A stretch of 64,000 bases of DNA from Styela clava (taxonomy: Eukaryota). Positions 12,001-26,100 of this stretch are shown here, one piece after another. Below the pieces are notes generated by a model that was not told where the DNA came from, searched no databases, and saw nothing but the letters and a program-made list of their open reading frames with translations. The stretch is from contig NC_135263.1 in assembly GCF_964204865.1 (NCBI RefSeq), positions 12,214,001-12,278,000 on the forward strand, in the 5' to 3' direction. Made by a program: the position numbers and the translations under genes. Positions within the stretch are counted from its first letter, which is position 1, and each line of letters begins with the position of its first letter.

Positions 12001-15000
12001 AACCGTAATTTGAAAAACAGATACAAAATCATACAACATCGAAACTGCAGGAAGTAGCATGGAAAAGATGTTTCTTAACATTAGCACGCTTAGAAATGTT
12101 CAATCAGTATTCAGTATGTTATATAGTCCAGGTCCATCACTTCAAGGCTTGGAGATACTTCCATTTCCGCGAAATTTGAATTGTCTTTTTCTTCACACGA
12201 AGTATTCTCCAGCGCTACAGCTTCGTGCATGTTGTTGTACACATCACTGACAACCACGGTCCTAATTGTTTTATTGTTTCGAAAATTCCATTCTTGGTAA
12301 TCCTTGGAAACGGCCGTCGAGTGAATACATTCTGGCGAGGTATCATCGTCAACATATCCTTTCGTCATTTCAGTTCTTAACATTTATTTACACTAGTAAT
12401 AAATCAGTTACCAATGTTATTATTAAAATAGATATCTAATTACGCAAATGTGGCGTACTTGACCACCTCAAGACAAATTCAAATGCAGCTTTACCGCTTT
12501 CGGTTGAGGCTTCGAGACAAATGAAAATTCAAAGATGTTTAGAAAGCGGCGTCGCGATGGGATATAAACGTGCTTTTAAGACCATGTGATTTTTTTCGCG
12601 CGCTTACATGTTGCACGTGTAGTGTAGTTAGTCTTGTCACTACAGTCGCACTACATTATACATAGCCACTGCAAAAAACCTGTTTCCCTGAGCGCTACCG
12701 CATTACAATTCTAATAACAGATGTTACACAAAACTAGACTCCAAAACTCTTATTTATACATAATCCGCCGCACCTAGCCTGCTACCCGGAAAAGTTATTT
12801 ATTACTAAAGCAGCTAAACACCTACTGAGGTTTTTGCTTGAGTGGTAAGTTTTTTTAATTCCAATTAACTTTAAATTTAGAAATTCGAATTATTTCTAGG
12901 AAAGAAATCGGGAAATCGGAGTTTCATATGAAATAATTCTTGTAATTACATTAGTAATCAAAATATGAATAATATAAATAAAAAAATCTTCACTGCTCTA
13001 CTTACTAACTTTTAGTAGTTCGCAAGGCAATTTCATTCTGGAGAAAATTCGAAATTTAAGAATTTTAAAAAATTGTATGCGAGCAATGTTTTTTGCTCCA
13101 AAATTTATATCCTAAACTTATATACTTATATATTTACAGGCAGAGTATTACGATAACCGGCTGTTCGAATCTTCGCTTGCTATTAGAGTAGTAGCAACGC
13201 CAATAACGATTACACATTTCACAAATAGCAGCGACTTTTCTTATTTATTTACGCAATATTATGCACTCTTTCTCCAATAAGCATTTCCTGTCGTATATTG
13301 CCTAACAATATACTTTTTCATATAATAGTTTAGATGGTAGGTTTTGGAATTTCGGTGCCATTTCCTCCATGTATGCCACATGCCTTCCGTTTCCGTCGCC
13401 CAATACAGCGTTGAAATTCTCTATTGTTTCATCAGCTCTTGGTCTCTCAAACGCTTCCTATAATGTCTCCTATAATTTGAAATGTGTCGCCTTAGAAATC
13501 GAAATGCTTATTTTCTATTCTCATCCTGCATTCTGCAGTGGCAATGGTAAACTATATTATGATTACAATACAACGTTGAATTTTCATTCAATAATGACAG
13601 TATCTCATCGTTTATCCCTATATATACACATCATACTGTATAACACAAATTCTACAATATTAAGTGTTCATAATATTTATTGAATAATGACACTTTCCTT
13701 GTTCTTTTAATAATCAGGTGAAATACAGACGAGATCACAACTGTAAGAGTTTTAAATGGTTTATCGAGAACATCGCCTACGATATTCCAGAACACTATCC
13801 ATTACCAGCTAAAAACAAGGAATGGGGAGAGGTGAGACCACGTTTTGCATTTCGCACATTCGTTACCCGACCTAAATAAGCAAAGCTGCAGCTAATACTA
13901 TCGACGCTACTATTTTTATAAGGGAAGTTGGACTGCCTGTTAAATATGTCCATCCAGAAAGTAGCACTATCAAGCGATGGTCGGTATTTTTACCCTTTTG
14001 TGCCGAATTTTTCAATCGATCGCCGGCATACGTCATATTACTATCTGCTTGTTTTGAAAATAATAACGACCGTGTATATAAATGCGATGGCATATTGGTA
14101 AGAGTGTTGGTTCATAGCCGATATATTTTGGGATTATACCCATCACGTCACTCGGGGTGTAATAAAATCAGTAGACAGTACCGAAAAGGAAAGATTTTGG
14201 TCCTCCAAAGTAGTAGTTCATTACATATCAGGGCCGCGTGTACACAAGGTCCTATTTGGAGGGAACAAGTGGTAACATTGTGAATACCATCCCATTAAAC
14301 CTCATTCTCATTTCTCGTCGTTTCAGATTCGTGCGATCGGCACAAAAGAGTGTTTAGACAGTATGGGCCACAAAAACGGGGACGGTGCAGTCGAACACGG
14401 ATACTGTCATCGTATGGGCGGAAATCAACTATTTCGACTCTCGGATGCAAATCAGTTGGCGCAATATGACCAATGTGTAACCAGTAAACGTGGAATGATT
14501 ACTCTGGTGCACTGTGATACAACTGAGTATAAAGAATGGGATCACGACGAGGTTGGTTGGGACAAAACGTTTTTTATGGATTTAAAAGTTGAGAATAAAT
14601 TAAGGGTCTACTTTAAATTATTATGTTAGGAGCACCTCTCCTTTTATCCCGTTTTGGAAACAAATTTCGGCTCTGAACAAGTCGTGAACAAGTACACTCA
14701 CCGTGTTAGTTTTGTTGAGCTTGAAATAGTTTTCAGAACCCACCACGTCACGTGTTAGGCATTATTACCCATTCAACCCAAGTTTGCGCGGCACTAGATA
14801 ATTTATGTATTATGCAGTCCGTCGTTGTAAATTTACTTTACTTGAATTTACTTTCGATGATCGACTTATCTGTTTTGACCGGGCAGGGTTCCGGGCCTCG
14901 AATAATTGATGTCTCCTTGACGCAAGAAAATTTCTTCCTATACTTCAGCAAGTTTTCGCGAGTTGGTGCCTGTAATTTGGTTTACATTTTAACATTATCG

Positions 15001-15399
15001 TTGTACCCCAAAATGGTCGAGCACCTGCCGAGTTATGTGAAATATACTTGGAACTTCAAAAACATTATTGAAAACTAACAAATAACACCTATAAGTGCTA
15101 AAATGAGTCAATGTTTGCAATCATGCCTGAAATGTATCTATTCTTAGCGGCTACTTAATTTTTATTCGTTACCAACTCATTGATTGGATAATGTTACCGA
15201 AAGAAACAAGAAGTCGATTATAACATTCTTATTATTATTTTATAATTATTTATTACTATTTTAATAGGAGAACAAAGCAATTCGTCACACGCCATCAGGA
15301 AAATGTTTGGATCGCGGTGAATTGGTACATACTGTGTTTTTGTCGCCTTGCAACGGTTCTAAGACTCAACAATGGGAAATTAACCAAGTCGGATCTTGA
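48..15399 (+). CDS. GALNT7: Polypeptide N-acetylgalactosaminyltransferase 7 (5' part lies upstream of the window; 9 exons visible)
   Basis: GT-AG exons in consistent phase: 48-220, 778-988, 1938-2120, 9116-9233, 9959-10081, 11796-11900, 13718-13831, 14327-14551, 15268-15399 (TGA). Motifs: [17 protein letters not shown], DxH (LDAHCE), [29 protein letters not shown], ricin-type lectin domain ([15 protein letters not shown]...QQWE). [14 protein letters not shown] and YFYASRPE match GALNT7 as recalled. Confidence 0.93.
2764..5003 (-). CDS. Nested antisense gene in a GALNT7 intron; about 502-aa putative nuclear protein with a vertnin/OTU-like C-terminal domain
   Basis: Three phase-0 exons join into one ORF: 5003-4179 (ATG...CAG|GTATGC), 3904-3740 (tttttag|AGA...CAG|GTAAGG; alternative acceptor at 3895), 3282-2764 (tattgcag|CTT...TGA). 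Total 1509 nt. Long ORFs (286 and 174 aa) with raised GC relative to the surrounding intron. Confidence 0.8.
8054..8553. mobile_element. About 500-bp TIR MITE (family A), copy 1
   Basis: 16-bp inverted termini ATGGACCTTTCCCCGA...TCGGGGAAAGGTCCAT; homologous copies in the opposite orientation at 55009-55492 and 55947-56247. Confidence 0.8.
12111..12383 (-). CDS. Possible small acidic 90-aa ORF, antisense in another GALNT7 intron
   Basis: ATG preceded 9 nt upstream by an acceptor-like ttattactag; acidic composition; no recognisable domain. Confidence 0.3.
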   Translation of the reverse strand: MLRTEMTKGYVDDDTSPECIHSTAVSKDYQEWNFRNNKTIRTVVVSDVYNNMHEAVALENTSCEEKDNSNFAEMEVSPSLEVMDLDYITY

Positions 15400-17439
15400 T
15401 GACACATCCCCTGTGCCGGAATGAATGCCATCTTCGACTAAACATGAGTTATTTGTGTTAGCAACGGCCCATGCGTAGTCGAGTATGGATTGAAAATCGA
15501 GGCTTGTTTCAAAATCTAAAATATTTTGAAAATGCCCAGTGAAAACAGGAATTACCTTTTTTAGTTTATATGCACAACCGAATTTCCTTTTTGTCACTGT
15601 TTTAGTGCTTTTACAACGCAGTTTGGAGCTATCATAGACCATACATATTATTAGAAATAATGCTTTTGTGTTTCAGTGTGAATTTTTTTATTAATATTAT
15701 TATTGAAAATATTTTAAACGGTTTTTCTTTTGCAGCTTCCGTAAATACTATTTTTAATATGTACAATTTTAAACTAATCGCGTTTGACGGCATTTGATTT
15801 GGAAGTTTGATCTAATGCCGTATTGAAAAGGGGTGTATTTAATGTTATCATACCCTCCATTATAACTAATAAACTAATTATCATACCGCAATTTCTGTCA
15901 CAAATTCACTGGTATCTACGGAATTCACAGTTTCAGGAATGGTATTCGTTCGATACCAATATACACATTACCTATTGAGCTTCATCCTATTCACTTCCGA
16001 TTTCCGGCAAAATTCTTTGTATTCTGCGAATCAGTACAATGGTGCTGTTACCATTACATCGTCGCGTGTAATCTGACCAGGCTCTTGAAAAGTGATTCAT
16101 GGTGATTTACGAGTATTTCATATTGCTACCATATTTAATTGAGCGATGAAAATCGTGACGCATTGTTGAATTATCGGGGATATTTCTGACGTGCGTTCGG
16201 GGTTAGCGAGAATGGTGTGAAGTAAGCGAGTATGTACAAGTAAATAAATTCCTTTTGCCTATCATTGTGTTGTCTTTTTAGACAAACCCAGTCAAAACTA
16301 TGTTTCTTGTAGCAGGTCCTTGTGTATGATTTTTAATGAGCATTATTCACCTAAAACTGATCATTTTAGTCTAGTAATCTATCTGTGATAAGTCTGAAAT
16401 AACTATTTTTATTCTGTAGTCAAGTTTATTTATTTTTATTTTTTCAAACATGATAGAAACTAAGAAGCGCTTAGAACTATTTTTTGCTTTCTTCCAGCAT
16501 ATAATATCTGTACGACTTTGCACGAAAGTATAAATTTTTGGGGGCAATAGCAAAAGTGTTGTAGTTTAACTGGAGCTTCTGTGAGGACTGAGGAAGTTTA
16601 TCCGGACCCTGGGCCACTTCTAAATCAAGCTCCGGGTTTTAGCACAATTTTTAAACCTTAGTTTCCAAATCCGATTCGGAGATTTTTAGCTGCCCGTACG
16701 CCGGCGGTTGATGTTAGCCAGCCTTATTCTTTTCAATCGAAAATTGGACACCAGATTGTAGTAAGTCTATAATTTCAATCCCAGGAAGTTAAACTTTTCG
16801 TTATCGAAACCATATCTACACTACATCATTCACCGAAAAAGATTATCAAGCGTCTGAACACGTTATACACTTGCGATATGCATCTCCGTCCTTTCTTGTT
16901 TATATATTATGATAGTTTTTATTCTTGTTCAAAGATTTATTTTCTATTCTCTTGTAGTCAAAAATGCATGACGCCTATTACTTTAATTTTTGAAGAGAGT
17001 GACATCTTAGAGTGTGACGTATGTATTTGAAGCTAATCGAGTTTACAATATACGGAACTTGTTTTAGGTAGTACGACAAGGTTCTCTTATAGGTTCTTTT
17101 ATCTTCCTGGTCTACTAATAAAATATATATATTACCAAAAAAATTGTATTTTTATCTTTATTCTATATTTTTCATAAAGCTGTTTAGTAAAAGTGGTTGA
17201 CACGAGTCTGAGAGGCTGGAAAAGACATTTTGCGGTAAAGTAATGCAGGGCGTTGATTTTTAAACACGTGAAAGGCTCTTTACAGACTCGCTCTGGTTAC
17301 AAAGTACATTTAGCAGGTTTCCTCTTGTCTGCTAATTGTGAAAATCTTGCGTTTTATAAAAGAAAGACTTTTGATCTGTTATCTTGGTGATATCCTTGAT
17401 TATTGTTAGAGCTATAGTTAAGGCTAGGTGACACAGCAA

Positions 17440-17720
17440 GTTTGAAATAGGATTTACACGGGTGAGAGTAAAGACGACCTGACATGGCTTAACCATGTTC
17501 TTTCTTCCGGTTACCGAGCCGTTTGTGAGAATAGTTGATTTACCAGTTCTTAATGCTTGGATGGTGGCGAAAAGCAACCGAACATGGGTTATTTAGCCAT
17601 CCTGTGTCGACGAGCGGTTCAGTGTCCTCTCACACATAAATAATTCCTACGGAATTCGAACCCGCCAACCCACACAGGGGTAATTTAGCAGAGCGATGTC
17701 TGTTGTACTCCTCATTCACA
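17440..17720 (-). mobile_element. Degenerate tRNA-derived SINE copy
   Basis: Contains ataggatttaca, ccggttacc, cctctcacacata and ttcgaaccc, collinear with the SINE at 54600-54945; boundaries approximate. Confidence 0.6.
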
Positions 17721-20160
17721 CACAGTACCATCCGCATCTTCATAAATATTTATTTTGTAAAGCAAATTCACGATTTTTAACCCAAATTGTGAATTGAAAA
17801 AAAAATAATTTCAATCATCTGATTAAAACAACAACACCGTGTTCATGTGTCATTGCTGATTTCATACATTGGACAAGTAGGCTAAACAACAAAAGAAGTA
17901 AAGTGGATTCGGGGCCCCATCGGGAGGCGATCTGGAAAATGGCGAATAATATGTAATCAATAGATGAACCGATCATATATATTCCATAAATCAAGAAAGA
18001 AGTTTAATTACGGCATATATTCGGAATGCGAAACTTTCATCCGCAACCCATGTTCATAATCAGTTCCACAATGGATAGAACATGAAGGTGTGTATATACG
18101 ATAGTGTAATTGAGTTCCTTCCCCACATTGGAGACATATATTTTATTAGTTTTCGTTTTTTTTAGTATATTTTTCAACACCACTGCAAATGTTCTTGTTT
18201 ACCTTCCAGGTTGTTATATTAGTTATTATTCACTGCGTGACGACACTACTACGACACGCTTTCGTCGTTCTGAATAGAAAGAAAGCCAAGCTATCTGTTT
18301 AATTTTTTCCGAGTATTTTTATTATTCGAATATTGGTTTTATGTCACAAATATTACGAATTAGACATTGCCGAAGTGAAAGTAAAAACGTTCAGGAATGA
18401 CTAAATCGGATTTATCGGGATTTTCAGATTAAAACAGGCAAAAAATAAATGGACGTTTCAAAATTAAAAAAAAAAGATGCAAATACAGAAGATATTGGAA
18501 AAGTGAAGAAAAATAAGAAACGGGAAATCGTTAATAAAAACTGATGGGGAATCTGAGAAGGTGGTAATGAGAGCACCCTAGCATTGCTCATGTTATTCGG
18601 CGCCTTTTATGTAGCCATTGGAGGAAATGAAAAATTCAACGACGTGACCGGAAACTTTGTTGGCATTAACACCACGCCACGTTTGTTTAAACCGTCACGC
18701 CGCAACATATCTTTATAAGGATAATATGCGATATACGTGTATTCAATACACATCGACTGGTTAACAATGATGTCATCCTCACGGCGGGATATTAAATACA
18801 ATTGTCAAATCGTGATCATGTATGAAGGCTTAGTAAACTGAAGAATAGATTTATTATTATTAATTATCCATATACGAGTTATAGTGCATTTATATGTTAC
18901 CCAAATGTGATACATTTGTATCGTGTACATTTTTTTTATGTAAAGCTGTAAAAGGTCAAATATACCCCCGCGGATGTTAGTGGTTAATGTCAATTACGGG
19001 AAGAATTCAAAAAGTGAGTGAAATAAACACCATTTTTACGTAATTCTAAAAATGTACCAGCTAGATTACGTAATCGCGTGGGTTGTTAACAAGCACATAA
19101 CTAAGTTAAGTTACGAGTCCTATATATATATATATATATATGTCCTGACAAAAGTTTTAAAAATAAAACTTACAAATTTGAATTTATTGCGTAAACTTGG
19201 ATATACAGAATCAATGCAGTGGAATAATACCATATTTACTCCGAAAATACAGTTGAAGCGCCGAGTTTTTTGATACTACCAATAACAGAAAAAATGAAAG
19301 TAGACAAATATAAATTCCAAGCGATATAAAAACTGGTTTTCCATATTTATGTGATATTTACAAATGTAGTTCAGTTTGACGTTCACAACTTTTCCTCGCG
19401 CTTGTATACCCCGAAGGCTTTGTATATGTATACAGATGTAATAAGAAATAAACTAAAATATAAATATATATTATGAATCATATAAAATGCAATAGAGTGA
19501 AGTGCTGTTGGTAATTTTGACGCCTTGGGTAAGACTTGTTTATAATTCGAATTGATATCAGTTTGTAAATTTTGAGTAGAAAGAATTATAGTGGAATCCT
19601 GACTTTTATCCAGGGCAATAAAACGAAATTTCTGCAAATCTATGATTTAAAAATGCAAAATTTCAGCAGTAAAATTAACCTGAATCTATGAGTAGTATAC
19701 TCATATACTCAATAGATTCTGTGAGTATTGGACTTGAACCTAAAAATTATGATGTTGTACGGGAATACAAATTAGTCACATTCGTGAAAAAAATTCATTA
19801 TATTGAAATAATCTGTTTTTATGACATTTTAGCGAGTATAACGTGAGAACAATGATTCATTCTAGAGAACAGGTTTCATAACAGATCCTTCAATGAAACA
19901 GGCGTACACTGAACATCGGAAAATTAAGAAAAATCGTGTTTTTCTTTTTTAAAAGTGATAAATACATGAAATATGTTGCAGGTCAATGTTTAGCTCCGTA
20001 TATACGCAAATTGTGACTGTTCACGTAAGTACGCTCGACGCATTTTGCGCTGAAACGTCTTGCATGCATTTAGTACTTTGGCTCTGTGCTATAATGAGCT
20101 TGGCGAAAATCTTAATTTCAACCTTTGAACTTCACAGATATTTTTAATAATTTTAAAACA

Positions 20161-23100
20161 ATGGAATACTTCTGGAAATCCGTTCTTTTGTGTGTCATGT
20201 CCTTAATTGTTGTCATGGAAGCATCATATTCAAACATAGGTAAATTTAGCTAATGATTTATGTAAATCTGATAAATATTTGTCGAATTTCAATGTTTAAA
20301 TCAACGCTCACAGTTATGTGGGTTGGAAGATAGACTAATAATTTCAAATATAATACTAATTTTGTGTTAAATCAATCTACCTATTTACAATTTTAGTACT
20401 GTGGTTGTAAAACATTTTCATACAAATATTTTATTCGAAAAATTGAGGCCAAGGTAATAAAAATGATTATATGTTGATATTGATAAAATTTATCTTTCTA
20501 GATTCCTGTAAAAAAATTCCTCCTGCGCGACGAATTGAATGTGGATGGCCAGGCATAAGAAGAGCATCTTGCGAAGCTAAAGGATGTTGCTATGATTCAA
20601 GATACATGAAAAGTCTTTGGTGTTTTAAAAAAGAGGAACATACGCAAGGTAAGTTTCTAGTATTTGAAGTAAATTAGTCTTTCTATGGGCGTACAGCCTA
20701 TAAAAAGGTTGCACACTAATTAAAATTATGTATATGCATCAGCGACAAATTGCGTGTTTTCTTGATTTTCATTTAGTATGGCAGCTTTAAAATTTCCCAT
20801 TCGATTTCCAGTGAACTATCGCAACCACTCACTCAAATTTTAATTTATATATTATTGTTTATAATATAATATTATAATTTAAAATATATTCCATCCTATT
20901 TCAAATGGCATATCATACAAAACATCAATATGATGCTTTGAGATGAAGTATCTGTTCGTCTGTTTATGACTCACATATTGTGACCGCATATTTTATATAT
21001 TAATTTAGGATATAAACATTGGTCACATTCGTTTTTTAATTCCTAAGAAAACTGGGTCTTGTTGTTTTTCACTGGGATAATTGATGCAAATAGAATTATC
21101 GAGAATTCTAATCAATGATATTCATTCGATATCACAACCTCAGAATAATTAATGTAACAACAAGTTGCTTTCAAAGCCTCCAGGATTTGTGGTTATCTAT
21201 AGACGTGCGTTGGTAAAATGAGAAAGAATAAAGTCAATTCTAGAGTTTGGATACCATAACACAACATGTAAATGCTGGACGTGTATCGATATGAACATTG
21301 ACGTGTTAGGGGGGGTTGATGAGAAGTATGACTCAAAAGTTGATGAGAAAAGACGACGGTTTTGTATTAGCTAAATAAAAGTTAGTCATCGATAAAAATA
21401 TGGGCGAAAACAAGTACAAAAATTTCGCAACCCGTCTTTTCTTAATTGCATCTTATAAATTTAGCTTTTGAGTCGTTAGCCATATTCAGAGGCGGTTCCC
21501 AATGATGTAATAAATCATTTATAAAAAAATTCTCTATATGCCAAAAGCGTCATCGAGTTGAAATATTCTACAAAAAATGAAATCCTGTTTATGCACTTCA
21601 ATGTTGCAATTGAGATTAATGACATTCTAACGGCACCAAGTGAATTGAGCTATATTGCCATGGCATGATAATGACTGAAACTTACTAAGTTACGTAAATT
21701 GTGCTGTGCCTAGTAATCTATTCAAACATGTTTACTGCTTGAGTATTCTTCGTTGCCGTCAGCGTTGTAATCGATTAATTGAATATTTCTCCTAATTTAG
21801 TTTATTCGCAATTAAACGTTTCTGATCGTGACGTCATAGAAAAATATACTTTCTTGGTTTCAATAACAATTTATTGAACGGAATCTTATATATTATGTTT
21901 TAATCCGAAAGAAACTTTGTTCAGAATGAATTAACATTCAGTCTTTATATGTCAAAACTACAACCGGATGTCTTCGTCTTGACGATGTTGCTATTCGTGT
22001 CAGAAACTTCGTTAAAACAGAAAACAATTTATTTCATCAATCATATCGCAGCAATGTTTTCTGTCAAACGTAAATCAAACATGATCCTCTCAAATTTGTG
22101 GCCATATTTTATGAAGAATTATGTCATTTTGTCACATTTTTGTGTTTCGATATTATGTAAAAGTAACATAGCACAACAATAACTTATGAATAAATATTTA
22201 TATATATTACTTTATTCCATACTGTGAAAAGCCCTGAACGGAAGCGAAACTTTAATTAAAATTTTATACCGAGAAATAATTTATATTGTTTTTGTTTATT
22301 AATATCAAATGTCGAAATTATTACATCATCTCAGAATAATATTATGTGTAAAATTCACAGAAAAAACTAAAACTTTTGACAACAAATTTCTATTAAACAA
22401 CAAACTGATTGCGAAGATTTGTTATTCAGTTGGTCTTGCTAATATTTTCAAGCAATATTTAGACTACTTTCTTTAATTTGTTTGTGTCGAAAGATTCTTT
22501 AATGTCCGATAGTTTGCGACCCGATCCTTAAGCGATTTTCGTTCTTCCATTTCCATGTTTAAGCCTTTTGAAAAATTTTAGGGCGCCCCAATTGGACACA
22601 AAATTCGCTTATTATTTTACTACATTTCACGTTCTAAAGTGAATTCCGGTGACCGCAAATGAATTCCTATATAAATCATTATATTCCCCATGATATTTAT
22701 TACAAAATGAAATGCCTTTACAAAAAACGGATCGCAAATTATTTATTCAGAATTAGATTAGTTAATGCATGATTTAAACTCTACCAAAAAAATTGTCACG
22801 TATCCTTATGTGAATAACTGAAAGAAACTATTTTAATTCTCGTTTTTATTGAAAGTATACTTAGTTCGATGAACAACAATATGTGTATTTACAGCTTAGC
22901 GAGCATTACTGATTACAATCTACACTCGTAAGCAAAGCCATCATTGTACAACTTTCTTACACCCGATAAAGGTCTCTTTAAATGGCATGTGGTGCGTGGT
23001 TTTCTATCTAGTAGTAGTGAATGGAGGTTCATTGGGCACGAAATGTACACATGGATCGTTTCTGCTAAACTGCTATTGTTGTTGGGATGACATTTGTTTG

Positions 23101-26100
23101 ATTTGAAATGACGTCAGACAGGCCCGACATCTTCTGAGTCCGACAATCTGGTGCGCAGTAACCACTGCTCTGTTGCGATCTCACCGGTACCGTTACGAAT
23201 TGTTGCTGCGGTGGGACTCTGACTCTGAAATTCTGATTTGAAATCTTTGAATCATCCGGTAACGTATTTCATTGTAATTGGCGTAGGCTACCGGCACTAA
23301 GGTTAGTTATTGGGCCTTGTAGTCTTGTTACAAACTGTAATTTATTTCGACTTATTTGTCAACTTGGAAGTTTAAAGATAAATCCAAAGAGACATAGGAA
23401 TCTTCAAATGCAGTTGGAATGGTTTCTAATATGGAAATCAAAGTAATGCTACACGTATGCCAAACAGTTGTATGTCTCCGCATACGGCATGTTTCCTACA
23501 CATTTTCGGACTACAATAATGTTGAAAATGTAATTACTATAATAGCGGCTACTTACCAAATGTTCACAACAATAGTGTTTGCATTGCGCGGTTGCAGCAG
23601 GAAAATGATGAACAGCTAACCCAACCGTAAATATACAAACCTAGTGTCATGCCCTTACGCCCGACCTTGTTTTGGACGTAAAAAAAATTATGGACGCTCC
23701 GAACTGAAACAAATAAATCGCTTCATTAACCGATTTGTAATAGTTACAGTACTTGCTACTAAGAGTAACTGAAAATCAAATCTGGAAGCAACACAACATG
23801 GTACAAAACTAATACGTGCCGGAAAGCGGCTTTGCCTAACCCCCAGCACGGCGGTTATCTTTAATTGATCAAACGAATGTTAGGTTTGGCGCGGAATTGG
23901 AAGGCGTGTGCGCGTAGCGTACTGTCACAAGAAACGTCAACGTGACAACGACCTTAGATTACAGTGTGATAATAAAAACTGCAATGCGTGCCAGTTAAAT
24001 ATGACATGTACTTTATTGATCCTAACAATATATCAAATCTAAGTCTAATATTAGATTAATTGAATGTATAGCAGTTGACAAACTAATACTAAAACACTTT
24101 TTTTAATCGAGTACACAACGTTGCTCTAAATTCATTGTAGAATTTTATTACTTTTTATAAAAAAAAATCCAAAATGTTTTATGCAGAGACTTATATAGAC
24201 AGAAAGACTCAATCACATACGCACTCGGCTATCATGGAACTTTTAAACCGAAGTCTTCTAAGCTGGAGTTAAAATAGAACTCGACTTAATTTCATGATAA
24301 TTATCCGTGTATAATTATTTGTATCAAATGAAACAGTATGTATTTAGATTTTTGTTAAAGACAATGAGTATCAAAAGATAACAAAATATTTCAGATACTC
24401 ACGATATAAAAAGTATTCTATTTATATCGGGATTCCAAGTACAAATAGAATTCTGACTGAATATTTACTTATAAATACCACAAAAAATGAAATGTTGATG
24501 GAATTAACAACAAAAATGTCGGATACCTACCGTTTAATAAACCACCGCGGAGAACAGCACTGTGTCAGTCGGTGTACAGTTAATTATACTTTAAGCCTTG
24601 AGCAGATTTCCATTCTGCCCACCTATCTAGGATCTTATCTGGCATTTAAATAGAATTTCATATTTATAATGAACTTTCCGGAAATGTACTGTTTTTTTAA
24701 AACTATTTGATTAAAGAATATTATATATATATATTTGAATATGCGTCAGCTACGCCTAATGATAAAGCCTCGCATCACTGATTCTTATTTAATGTGAGAA
24801 CAATTATTCAATAATATGTGTAATGTGACAGGATTATACTTTTGATTTTATTAATAAATATGCACAGTAGCATAAATTCCTTTGAGTGTAATCCTTTTTT
24901 TATTGTATTAATTAATCTTCAAATGAAAAGGGTGTGGGTAATATTAATTTTAAATGTGAGTGGTTTTAGTTGATATAACAAAACTTGTCAAAATCAAACT
25001 CAAGCCTAAAATATGAAAATTTGATAACAGCTAGTTAAGTGCCTCACATTCTGTCACTAACGCATTTCCATTAGGTCACGAACAAAGAAAACTGGAATTT
25101 GCGAAAAAGAGATCGGCGTTATCTCGGGTATACAAATTTTTGCTGAATCATTGCTTATTCTTTTCGTAAACAAAAATTCACTTGCTGGATTACTTTAGCT
25201 GTGCACTGTAAAAATGACAGATGGAGATCAATCAAAATGCATCTGACGGGGTTTTTTCAGTCAGGACAACTGCAAGTGCATATAATATATACAGTGGCCG
25301 AAAATTTCACACCTACCAGTTATTTTACATTGCATATACAAACTCTGGAATCGAAGTGCGACTACAAGTATGCCTACCATAATAATCAATAAAACATGCT
25401 ACCAAATATGGTTTTGTGGCGAATCGTACTTGTGATCAAGCATATTTTTGTCACAATTACACTAATATTATATGTACATATTTATTATTATTTATTCTGA
25501 TTGTATTTTGGTACTTGAATTCTAACGACACTTCGCACTTTTTATGATTAGCATTCATAAAAATCAAACAGTTCACACAACACAATTATTGTGATACCAT
25601 ATAAAACCAATATGACTGGATTAAAACTTTAATGCGTGGGAGAAAAAATGTTAAATCATAAACTGCCAAAACAAATGCCACAAGCAATAATTATGTTTGA
25701 GCCCCGCGATACGGAATGATCTGATTATATTATCTGATCACAACTTGTGGATTACAAGAGGATTGGCGTGTGTAATCTTTAAACCTAATTCGTTTTTATG
25801 TAATCGTGTACATTTTTAAGTCAATTTTCGGTTATTTAGCGATACATATTACAATGTATATAACGGTACATTTTGAAATTGGTTGCATCAATAAATATTG
25901 AATTGGAAATAAATTCAAATTTCCCTTTTGGCCTCATATATCGACTTTATAAGTATATTTATATCTGGTACAAAAGCAATCGCTTGTGGTGCCAGAAACT
26001 AAAATATCCGTATCCAATTGTATATTTATGGAACAATGATGTGGTACATACATTCGATAGGTATCTGTTTTTAAGACGCGATATTATCCCTTTTAAATGT

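Noticed and set aside
13140-13500. Coding-looking minus-strand stretch ([15 protein letters not shown]...)
   Set aside because: Short, bounded by stops, no family recognised and no phase-consistent link to other exons found.
22960-23270. GC-richer minus-strand segment in the long trefoil intron
   Set aside because: Only about 65 open codons with no start and no recognisable motif; possibly a decayed repeat.
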